Positions 15,908 through 22,743 of a stretch of DNA of 24,000 nucleotides are shown piece after piece. The position numbers were made by a program, and so were the translations under genes. Source of the stretch: Anaerosomatales bacterium (GTDB taxonomy: Bacteria; Actinomycetota; Coriobacteriia; Anaerosomatales; Anaerosomataceae); contig JASEEU010000002.1 of the NCBI GenBank assembly GCA_030019445.1, positions 38,995-62,994 of the forward strand. Direction: 5' to 3'. Every line of letters begins with the position of its first letter. Position 1 is the first letter of the stretch. Below the pieces are notes generated by a model. The model was not told the origin of the DNA. It saw only the letters and a list, made by a program, of their open reading frames with translations, and made no database searches.

Positions 15908-15929
15908 GCGCCGTCCTTCAGGACGGCGC
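15908..15929 (+). terminator. Terminator-like hairpin after SemiSWEET paralog 1 (GCGCCGTCC-TTCA-GGACGGCGC)
   Basis: A perfect 9-bp stem with a 4-nt loop, 31 nt after the stop. There is no U-tract. Confidence 0.5.
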
Positions 15930-15986
15930 TACGCGTGGCCGAAGCACGGGTACCTACCCTGCGACACCGTCGACAGGGGAGGTCTG

Positions 15987-16394
15987 ATGACACTCGGCAA
16001 GGCGCTCATCGTCTACGGCGCGAGCCTCATCGCGTTTCTCGGCATCGACGCCGTCTGGCTCACCACGATGTCCGACCGCTTCTACCGCAAGCAGCTCGGC
16101 GATCTCATGCGGGACGATCCCGATCTGGGCGTAGCGCTCGCGTTCTACCTGCTCTACGTCGCCGGTGTCCTCCTGCTCGTGGTGCTTCCCGCCGCCGAGA
16201 AAGGATCGCTCCTGCAGGCCGTCGGCTTCGGCGCGCTTCTCGGCGTGGTCGCGTACGGCACGTACGACATCACCAACCTCGCGACGGTGCGCGACTGGCC
16301 GGTCGTCGTGACCGCTGTCGATCTCGTGTGGGGTGGCACGCTGACCGGGGCCGTATCCGCCGTCGGTTATCTCGTCGCGCGCTGGGTGGCGTGA
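15987..16394 (+). CDS. DUF2177-like small integral membrane protein (135 aa)
   Basis: Four hydrophobic helices with motifs recalled from the DUF2177 family: IDAVWL, FYRKQLGDLMR, YDITNLATVRDWP and DLVWGG. ATG 15987 is preceded by AGGGGAGG. The family assignment is from memory and was not searched. Confidence 0.6.
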   Translation: MTLGKALIVYGASLIAFLGIDAVWLTTMSDRFYRKQLGDLMRDDPDLGVALAFYLLYVAGVLLLVVLPAAEKGSLLQAVGFGALLGVVAYGTYDITNLATVRDWPVVVTAVDLVWGGTLTGAVSAVGYLVARWVA

Positions 16395-16443
16395 CGGCTC
16401 CGACCGCCCGCCCCGGCGTGCTACCATCTTCGAGCGCCGCGAC

Positions 16444-16470
16444 GAACCCTGCCAGTGCTTGGCAGGGTTT
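16444..16470 (+). terminator. Terminator-like hairpin after the DUF2177 gene (AACCCTGCC-AGTGCTT-GGCAGGGTT, followed by TTCGC)
   Basis: A 9-bp perfect stem read from the sequence, about 50 nt after the stop. Confidence 0.5.
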
Positions 16471-16544
16471 CGCATGCCGGCGGCGTAATCACGAAAGGGT
16501 GACCTCCGGCCTTCGGGCCGTATGACGAGGATGTGTGAGACTCG

Positions 16545-17876
16545 ATGCTCTCCGAGCGGATCATCACCGGCGCGCTCCGCGTGCTGAATCGGGACTACCT
16601 TGCCCAGGAACCCGTGAAGATGGACAGCTTGCCGGGGCCCCAGGAGGGGCACGGCTACACGCTCTACTGCCATGTGCCGTTCTGCGAGCGGCTCTGCCCG
16701 TACTGCTCGTTCAACCGGTTCCTCTACTCCGAGCAGCGTGCGCGCGAGTACTTCAAGCGTCTGCGCACCGAGCTGCACATGGTGGCCGACCTGGGCTATG
16801 ACTTCGCCTCCCTCTACATCGGCGGCGGCACCCCGACCATCTTGCTCGACGAGCTCTGCGACACGATCGACCTCGTGCGCGAGCTCTTCCCCGGGGTGCG
16901 CGAGGTGTCCGCCGAGACCAGCCCCAACCACATCGACGACGAGACGATCGACGCGCTGAAGGATCGCGTGCAGCGCTTCTCGGTGGGCGTCCAGAGCTTC
17001 GACGACCTGCTGCTCCGGCAGATGGCGCGCTACGACAAGTATGGCGCCGGCGAAGAGGTGTTCGCCGCCGTCGAGCGCGCCGCGGGGAAGTTCCACTCGC
17101 TGAACGTGGACATGATCTTCAACTTCCCGAGCCAGACCGAGGATATGCTCCTCGCCGACATCGAGACGGTCAAGAAGACCGGTGCGAACCAGACGACCTT
17201 CTATCCGCTCATGGTCTCACCGCTCAACCGCCGCCAGATCAAGAACGACATCGGCGCGGTGGACTTCGAGCGCGAGGCGCGCTACTACCGCACGATCTAC
17301 GAAAGCCTTTCACCGGAGTTCGAGCCGGCTTCGGCCTGGACCTTCTCGCGGGACGCGGGACAGATGATCGACGAGTACATCTGCGACTACGAGGAGTACG
17401 TCGGCGTCGGCTCCGGGGCCCTGTCGTTCCTCGGCGACCGGATCTACGGCAACGACTTCTCGCTCGGGGAGTACGAGCGCAGGATCGATGCCGGCGTGAT
17501 GTCGGTGGCCAAGCAGGGTCGCCCGTACCGGCGCAAGGCGCGGATGCGCTACCGGTTCGTGACCGACCTGTTCGCGCTCCGGCTCGACAAGGAGCGCTTC
17601 CGCAGGGACTTCGGCGTACCGGTCGAGCGAGGACTCTGGGCGGAGCTGCTGTTCATGCACGCCGCCGGCGGCATCGCCACCCACGACGAGCGGGAGATCA
17701 CGCTCAACGACACGGGCCGGTACCTGCTCCTCGTGATGATGCGCGAGACGTTGGCGGCGTCCAACGACCTTCGCGACCAGGCGCGTGCAGCGTTGCCGCT
17801 CGAGGAGCGGATGCTCTTGTTCGACAACCCGGACGTCTGTCGGGAGCATGTCGAGGAGTGCCTGGTCGCCAGCTGA
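16545..17876 (+). CDS. HemN/HemW-family radical SAM enzyme (coproporphyrinogen-dehydrogenase-like); specific function unassigned
   Basis: It carries the radical SAM cluster motif CERLCPYC within YCHVPFCERLCPYCSFN. It also has the GGGTP motif (YIGGGTPTIL) and a HemN_C-like C-terminal region. An in-frame TGA at 16536 rules out any start upstream of 16545. The Shine-Dalgarno for ATG 16545 is weak, and the internal Met26 is an alternative start. Confidence 0.88.
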   Translation: MLSERIITGALRVLNRDYLAQEPVKMDSLPGPQEGHGYTLYCHVPFCERLCPYCSFNRFLYSEQRAREYFKRLRTELHMVADLGYDFASLYIGGGTPTILLDELCDTIDLVRELFPGVREVSAETSPNHIDDETIDALKDRVQRFSVGVQSFDDLLLRQMARYDKYGAGEEVFAAVERAAGKFHSLNVDMIFNFPSQTEDMLLADIETVKKTGANQTTFYPLMVSPLNRRQIKNDIGAVDFEREARYYRTIYESLSPEFEPASAWTFSRDAGQMIDEYICDYEEYVGVGSGALSFLGDRIYGNDFSLGEYERRIDAGVMSVAKQGRPYRRKARMRYRFVTDLFALRLDKERFRRDFGVPVERGLWAELLFMHAAGGIATHDEREITLNDTGRYLLLVMMRETLAASNDLRDQARAALPLEERMLLFDNPDVCREHVEECLVAS

Positions 17877-17955
17877 GCCATCTGTGACGACCGTCGTGGT
17901 CTCGGTCTTCGGCGAGTGCTACGCTGGCCGTGTCCGCCACTCCGGGAGCGCGACC

Positions 17956-18168
17956 ATGGATCCGTATGCGCCGGTCAAAGGCAAGTGCACGTTCTGGCGA
18001 GAGCAGCCGAACGAGGACGACCGCTGGGACACATCCGTGAAGCCGCTTGACCGGCGTGTCACCTGCACCTGCTTCATCGAGGGTGACGTCTGGCTCGTGA
18101 CCGTCGGCACCATCCCTCCGGACTGCCCCAAGCGCTACAAGTGCCGCTACTACGTCAGGACCGCCTGA
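17956..18168 (+). CDS. Hypothetical 70-aa Cys-rich protein (5 Cys)
   Basis: ATG 17956 is preceded by GGGAG with a 7-nt spacer. The composition is balanced (W, Y, K, D, E, C). A terminator hairpin lies 24 nt downstream. The antisense 70-aa ORF (17919..18131) shares wobble positions, so GC3 cannot discriminate between them. That ORF starts with TTG, has no Shine-Dalgarno and is Ser/Thr/Gln-rich. Confidence 0.5.
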   Translation: MDPYAPVKGKCTFWREQPNEDDRWDTSVKPLDRRVTCTCFIEGDVWLVTVGTIPPDCPKRYKCRYYVRTA

Positions 18169-18191
18169 GCGCGCGAGTCGTGAGAATGAGA

Positions 18192-18223
18192 CGACGGCCC
18201 CCGGGTCGCCCCGGAGGCCGTCG
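18192..18223. terminator. Bidirectional terminator-like hairpin (13 bp with one mismatch, loop TCGC)
   Basis: CGACGGCCCCCGGG-TCGC-CCCGGAGGCCGTCG lies between the convergent stops at 18168 (+) and 18281 (-). Confidence 0.55.
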
Positions 18224-18280
18224 CTGGAAGCCGGTCCGCGTGAGTGTTTCGTGCGGGTGACCGGCGGGTCCACGTGTCTG

Positions 18281-18424
18281 TCAGCGGCCCGGCTTGTAGA
18301 TGCCGACCTTGTAGCCGTTGCCGTTGCAGCCGGGGCACGATCGGTAGGTCGACCGACCGTCGGATCGACCGACGCTGACGACCTTGTTGCCCTTGCAGAC
18401 CGGGCAGGTCTCCTTCTTAACCAT
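18281..18424 (-). CDS. 47-aa zinc-ribbon sORF with two DnaJ-type CxxCxGxG knuckles (not in the supplied ORF track)
   Basis: Manual translation gives MVKKETCPVCKGNKVVSVGRSDGRSTYRSCPGCNGNGYKVGIYKPGR. ATG 18424 is preceded by AGGAGG with a 6-nt spacer. The knuckles are CPVCKGNK and CPGCNGNG. Third-position G/C is high. A terminator hairpin lies downstream. Confidence 0.55.
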   Translation of the reverse strand: MVKKETCPVCKGNKVVSVGRSDGRSTYRSCPGCNGNGYKVGIYKPGR

Positions 18425-18457
18425 CGACTGCCTCCTGTCGTGCTGCTGCGGAGATGG

Positions 18458-18486
18458 TTAAGCAAGCTTCATTCCAACGTAGTATA
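18458..18486. promoter_or_regulatory. AT-richer patch with candidate back-to-back promoter elements (TTAAGC-16 nt-TAGTAT on +; TATACT on -)
   Basis: This is the only clearly AT-enriched stretch in the 223-nt divergent intergenic region. The -10-like hexamers on the two strands overlap at 18480-18486. Confidence 0.3.
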
Positions 18487-18647
18487 TCGTTCACCCAACG
18501 GCGAGACTTGAGCGCCCGTTCCCGGGCATGCGTGTCGGGATGGTAACGCGAGTGAGTCGCCTGGATAGCGGGGGGTTGTAGTGAGGACGCGCTCGTACGA
18601 TACCTGGCTGTGGCAGGCAGCACTCGTCGATCGGATGGCACGCGACA

Positions 18648-18920
18648 ATGACCACGCAGGTGATCACTCCGCACGTCGACCGGGCGGTCATGGGCCTCGG
18701 GGTGCTGTACCCCCTGGCCGCTCTACCGCAGGTCTACAACGTCTGGTTCTTGCATAGGACGGCGGGATTCAACGAGTTCACATATCTCGTCGGCGTGATC
18801 GTGGCGATCCTGTGGGTCTCGTACGGGTTTCTCCATCGGCAGCGCGCCGTATGGATGGTGAACAGCCTCTGGGTGGCGCTCAACGGCGCGATGGCTGTCG
18901 GGCTATTCTTCGTCCGCTAG
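18648..18920 (+). CDS. SemiSWEET / PQ-loop-like small 3-TM membrane protein (paralog 2, 90 aa)
   Basis: By hand alignment it is about 39% identical to the protein at 15602..15877. Shared blocks are RAV, PQxYxxW, LW..YG.L.RQ and WMVN..W..LNGA..VG. The PQ motif reads LAALPQVYNVW. Confidence 0.65.
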   Translation: MTTQVITPHVDRAVMGLGVLYPLAALPQVYNVWFLHRTAGFNEFTYLVGVIVAILWVSYGFLHRQRAVWMVNSLWVALNGAMAVGLFFVR

Positions 18921-20627
18921 CCCGGCTCCGTCAGGTCGCTCGGCCGAGCGTGTGGGTTGCGGCGTTGGCACGGCGACGGCCCCCGAATCCTCGTGGGGCA
19001 CGATAAGCACGGGGACATCCAGCGCGTCGAGCACCCGGTGCTGCTTGGTGCGCAGCGGCGAGACGCCGCCGAGCGCCGTCTTGGCGAGCGGAGCGCCCAG
19101 CACGACCATGTGAGCGCCCACCTCCTCCACCAATCGGGCGATGCCGCGCTCCAGAGAGCGTGCACGCACGAGCCGCGTGTCTACCGTCAGGCCGCGCTTC
19201 GTCACGGAGTCCGCGAGCCGTTCCAGCAGCCGCTCGGCGTTGGCCAGTTCCGCGGCCACCGTATACGCGCGTCCCGGCGTGATGACGTGCGAGAGGACGA
19301 TCGTCGGCGGGCAATCGCCCACCTCGGGGACGGCGACGTCCAGCGTCTGCGCGAGCCGGTCCGGCGTCAGCGCGCGGCTGACCGGCACCAGGATGAGCCG
19401 TTCCGGACAGACGAGCGCGCCCTCCTCGGCCTGCTCGGTCTCCTCGTGCTCCATGAGGCACGCAACGGCGCGCTTGGTCAGCACGGGGCCCACCACCTCG
19501 AACAGCACCATCGAGGCGAGCACGACGGCGTTGACCGTGGGCCCCGCGTCCGGGAAGACGTTGGCGGCGTCGAGCGCGAGGCCGACAGCCACTCCCGCCT
19601 GCGGCAGCATGCCGAGGCCGAACCACGCCGACTGCCTGAGCGGATAGCGAGCGGCGAGCGAGCCGACGAATCCGGCGAGGAACTTGCCGAGGCTGCGGGC
19701 GACGATGTAGGCGACGGCGACCAGGCCTGCCGCTGTGACCGCCCCGATCTCAAGGTGCGCGCCCGCCAATGTGAAGAAGATGATGTAGACCGGGTACTCG
19801 ATCGTCCTCAGCGACAGGAAGATGCGTTCGCGCGTGTTCCGGCTCTCCTCGAGCGTGGCGACGGTGATGCCGGCAACGAGTGCCGCAAGCAGGCTCGAGA
19901 CGCCGAGCGCCTCTCCGGCGGCGACCACGAGGAGCACGTTGGTGAGGCCGAGGGCGAGCATCTCGCCCTCCTTGAAGACGCGCTCAAGCAGCTTGGCCAG
20001 CAAGAAGCCTGCGACGATACCGAGCACGAGGGCTCCGCCGATCTGCTTGCCCGTCTGCATCAGCGCGTCGCCCATGCTCTGGTGGATGCGTACCGAGAGG
20101 AGCAGGAACGGCGTTACCGCCGCGTACAGCACGACGGCCGCGATATTGTCGAGCGCGGCGTTCCCGAGCAGCGAGTCGCAGCCGCGGCCGCGGCCCTGCA
20201 CCTCCGAGATCACGGCCATGACGGTCGCAGGAGCCCCGGAGATGCCGATCACGGCGAGGAGCCAGATGACGATCGTCGAGCCCGGCGCGACGAGGCTGAC
20301 CGCGATCGCGACGAAGATCGCGGGCAGTGCGAGGTTGAGCGCCGACGTGAGCCAGAACGACCAGTGGTGGCGCGCGAGCATCTTGCGCGTGAGCGACTCG
20401 CCGATCAGGAAGACGATGAGGCCGAGCGCGATCGGCTCGGCGAACGCGATCTTGTGCAGCAGGTCCTGCGACAGCAGCCCCAGCCCGTGTGGGCCGACGG
20501 CGATGCCGACGAGCAGGAAGCCGGTGACCGCGGGCAGGTTGAAGCGCCCGATGAGCCGGGCGCCCATGTAGCCGAGCCAGATGAGCGTCCCCACGATGAT
20601 GAGGTCTGTCCAGACGACCTGGTCCAC
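18903..20627 (-). CDS. CPA2-family cation:proton antiporter (Kef/NapA-like) with a C-terminal universal-stress-protein (USP)-like domain
   Basis: The N-terminal ~390 aa contain about 12 TM helices with a Na+/H+ exchanger-like start (RFNLPAVTGFLLVGIAVGPHGLGLL). The C-terminal ~160 aa resemble USP (ILVPV ... AHMVVLGA ... VLDALDVPVLIVPH). GTG 20627 is preceded by GAAAGG. Confidence 0.85.
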   Translation of the reverse strand: MDQVVWTDLIIVGTLIWLGYMGARLIGRFNLPAVTGFLLVGIAVGPHGLGLLSQDLLHKIAFAEPIALGLIVFLIGESLTRKMLARHHWSFWLTSALNLALPAIFVAIAVSLVAPGSTIVIWLLAVIGISGAPATVMAVISEVQGRGRGCDSLLGNAALDNIAAVVLYAAVTPFLLLSVRIHQSMGDALMQTGKQIGGALVLGIVAGFLLAKLLERVFKEGEMLALGLTNVLLVVAAGEALGVSSLLAALVAGITVATLEESRNTRERIFLSLRTIEYPVYIIFFTLAGAHLEIGAVTAAGLVAVAYIVARSLGKFLAGFVGSLAARYPLRQSAWFGLGMLPQAGVAVGLALDAANVFPDAGPTVNAVVLASMVLFEVVGPVLTKRAVACLMEHEETEQAEEGALVCPERLILVPVSRALTPDRLAQTLDVAVPEVGDCPPTIVLSHVITPGRAYTVAAELANAERLLERLADSVTKRGLTVDTRLVRARSLERGIARLVEEVGAHMVVLGAPLAKTALGGVSPLRTKQHRVLDALDVPVLIVPHEDSGAVAVPTPQPTRSAERPDGAGLADEE

Positions 20628-20665
20628 GCGCTGCCTTTCGTCGGTCGGTCAGGTCGGGCTGCGTG

Positions 20666-21919
20666 CTACAGAGACTCCTTCGCCGTCTCCTCGAGCGCCT
20701 TGTCCACCTGGCGCCTGAGCGCCGGCGGCAGGCCGGGGATATCAAGATCGAGGAAGCCGCGCGTGATCATCGAGATCGCGTCATCCTTGGGGACCCCGCG
20801 CGACATGAGGTAGTAGATCTCCTCGGCGGCGATTGGCGAGATCGCCGCTTCGTGGCTGAGCTCCGCTCCCGGAGCGCCCTCGCTCGCGAGGTCGGGGATC
20901 GCCCACTGCGTCGACTCCTCGGAAAAGACGATGCCGCGGCAGTCGAGATGCGCCTTGCAGTCGTTGTTGCGGCCGATGAGGCGTCCACGGCTGTAGACGA
21001 CGGCCTTGTCGCGCGAGACCGTGCGGGCGATGGCCTCCGAGCGCGTGCCTGCGCCCTCGAGCGAGGTCTCCGAGCCGATGTCCACGTAGCTGTCGTCAAG
21101 GCCGTAGACGATGGAGTTGAAGACCGCACGCGAGCGGTCGCCCACGAGGCGCGCGACCGGGAAGGTCTGGAGCGATCGCACCGGCTTCAACATGATGTAG
21201 TTGTTCACGTAGACGCCGTCCTCCTCCACGGTCACGCCGGTGCGCGGACGGACGTGGAAGTCCTCGGACCAGTTGTGGATCATCGTGAACGTGAGCTTGG
21301 CGCCCTTGCCCACGTAGAACTCGGAGATACCCGCGTGCAGCCCCTCGCGCACCTGCGGATGGATGGTGCAGCCGGTGAGCACGTTGGCCTCGGCGCCCTC
21401 CTCGAGGATGATCACGCTATGCACGTTCTGGGAGATGTTGTTCTCCGAGACGAACAGGCACGCCTGGATGGGCTTGTCGATCTTCTGGCCGGCCTTCACG
21501 CGGATGAAGTAGCCCTCGGTGTGGTTGAGGGCGACCTGCGCGGTGTACTTGTCCTTGTCGGGCGCGACGTTGCGCCAGTAGTACTTCTCGTACATGAGCT
21601 CGGGATAGAGGACGAGCGCCTCTTCGGTGCTCATGATCTCGAGCTTGTTGTCGAACATCTCCTCCACCTTGCGGTAGATGGGGGAGCGGTCCATCTGGAA
21701 GTAGCTGCCGGAGCGGCCCGCCTCGGAGGCGTCGAAGCCGATCTCGAGCGCGGTCTCCTTGATCTGCTTGTTGAGCGATGCGAGCGACTCCACCGACTGC
21801 TGGTCGGCCGCCGCGTTGAACGCCGCCAGGTCCAGGTCGGGGCCGAACGTGGCGGGCTTGTCCACCGCTGTCTCGGCAAGGCGGCGGATCTCGGCCTTGC
21901 GCTGCTCTATCGCTGACAT
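20666..21919 (-). CDS. sufB: SufB/SufD-family Fe-S cluster assembly protein (417 aa)
   Basis: The sequence has a SufBD beta-helix core (VHSVIILEEGAEANVL ... FYVGKGAKLTF ... SEAIARTVSRDKAVVYSRGRLIG ... LSHEAAISPIAAEEIYYLMSRGV). ATG 21919 is preceded by TGGAG with an 8-nt spacer and overlaps the sufC end by 13 nt. The 693-aa track ORF is an out-of-frame extension across sufC. Confidence 0.88.
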   Translation of the reverse strand: MSAIEQRKAEIRRLAETAVDKPATFGPDLDLAAFNAAADQQSVESLASLNKQIKETALEIGFDASEAGRSGSYFQMDRSPIYRKVEEMFDNKLEIMSTEEALVLYPELMYEKYYWRNVAPDKDKYTAQVALNHTEGYFIRVKAGQKIDKPIQACLFVSENNISQNVHSVIILEEGAEANVLTGCTIHPQVREGLHAGISEFYVGKGAKLTFTMIHNWSEDFHVRPRTGVTVEEDGVYVNNYIMLKPVRSLQTFPVARLVGDRSRAVFNSIVYGLDDSYVDIGSETSLEGAGTRSEAIARTVSRDKAVVYSRGRLIGRNNDCKAHLDCRGIVFSEESTQWAIPDLASEGAPGAELSHEAAISPIAAEEIYYLMSRGVPKDDAISMITRGFLDLDIPGLPPALRRQVDKALEETAKESL

Positions 21920-22674
21920 ATCGCACACTCCACACACTTGTCGTAGCCGTGTTTGCCGATCTCGCCGATAAGGTCGCGCGGGTTGCCCTTGCACGCCAGC
22001 TTGCCGTCGTAGAGCACGTGGCCGATGTCGGCGTTCACGTACTCGAGGATGTGGCCCGTGTGCGTCACGATGAGCCCGGCGCGCGTGCCCTTGCCGACAC
22101 GCTCGGACTTGAGCAGGCGGTTCATCGCCCTGCCGACCACAGCTATGTTGTCGAGGTCGACGCCGGATTCCGGCTCGTCGAAGAGCGTGAGCTCGGGAGA
22201 CTGCGCGATGAGCTGCGCCATCTCGGAGCGCTTCATCTCGCCGCCCGAGAAGCCCATGTTCACGTCGCGATCGATCATCTTGCGCAGCGAGAGCTCGCCG
22301 ATCAGGTCCGCGAGCAGCTCCTCGTGCTCGCCGTCCCCGGCCGCCACCTCGATGAGCTGCCGGAGCTTGATGCCCCGCACAGCGGGCGGTCGCTGGAACG
22401 CGACACCGATGCCGAGACGGGCCCGTTCGTCGATCTCCAGGCCATCCAGGTCGACACCCTTGAATGTGATGCTGCCCTGGGTGACGCGGTACCCGGGCAG
22501 TCCGACGATGGTGTTGAGCAGCGTGGTCTTGCCGCCGCCGTTGGGGCCGAGAAGGACGTGCGTCTCGCCCTCGGCGATGACGAGGTCGATCCCGCGAAGG
22601 ACCTCGTGGTCGCCGACGGTCACGTGCAGGTCCTCGACCGCGAGCAGTGGCTGCGGCTCTTGGAGAGCTGGCAT
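21907..22674 (-). CDS. sufC: SufC-like ABC ATPase of the Fe-S assembly system, with a C-terminal CxxCxxC tail
   Basis: It has Walker A GPNGGGKTT, signature FSGGEMKRSEM, Walker B LFDEPESGVD and H-loop VTHTG. The C-terminus is ...GYDKCVECAICQR. It is tightly coupled to the sufB/D gene. Confidence 0.9.
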   Translation of the reverse strand: MPALQEPQPLLAVEDLHVTVGDHEVLRGIDLVIAEGETHVLLGPNGGGKTTLLNTIVGLPGYRVTQGSITFKGVDLDGLEIDERARLGIGVAFQRPPAVRGIKLRQLIEVAAGDGEHEELLADLIGELSLRKMIDRDVNMGFSGGEMKRSEMAQLIAQSPELTLFDEPESGVDLDNIAVVGRAMNRLLKSERVGKGTRAGLIVTHTGHILEYVNADIGHVLYDGKLACKGNPRDLIGEIGKHGYDKCVECAICQR

Positions 22675-22743
22675 CCGTACCTCGATTCTCAGTGCGACTG
22701 ACGTTCTGGAATCTACCCGAAGTGGCGGCGCGGGGCCACCGGC

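Noticed and set aside
17919-18131. The minus-strand 70-aa ORF antisense to the Cys-rich gene as the real gene at this locus.
   Set aside because: It shares wobble positions with the + ORF, so GC3 is uninformative. It starts with TTG, has no Shine-Dalgarno and is Ser/Thr/Gln/Gly-rich. The + ORF has ATG plus GGGAG and a downstream hairpin. This call remains only moderately confident.
18455-18547. A 31-codon + strand ORF (ATG at 18455, MVKQASFQRS...) in the intergenic region as a leader peptide.
   Set aside because: The GGAG abuts the ATG with no spacer. The sequence has no features of a known leader peptide, and I can assess no conservation evidence.
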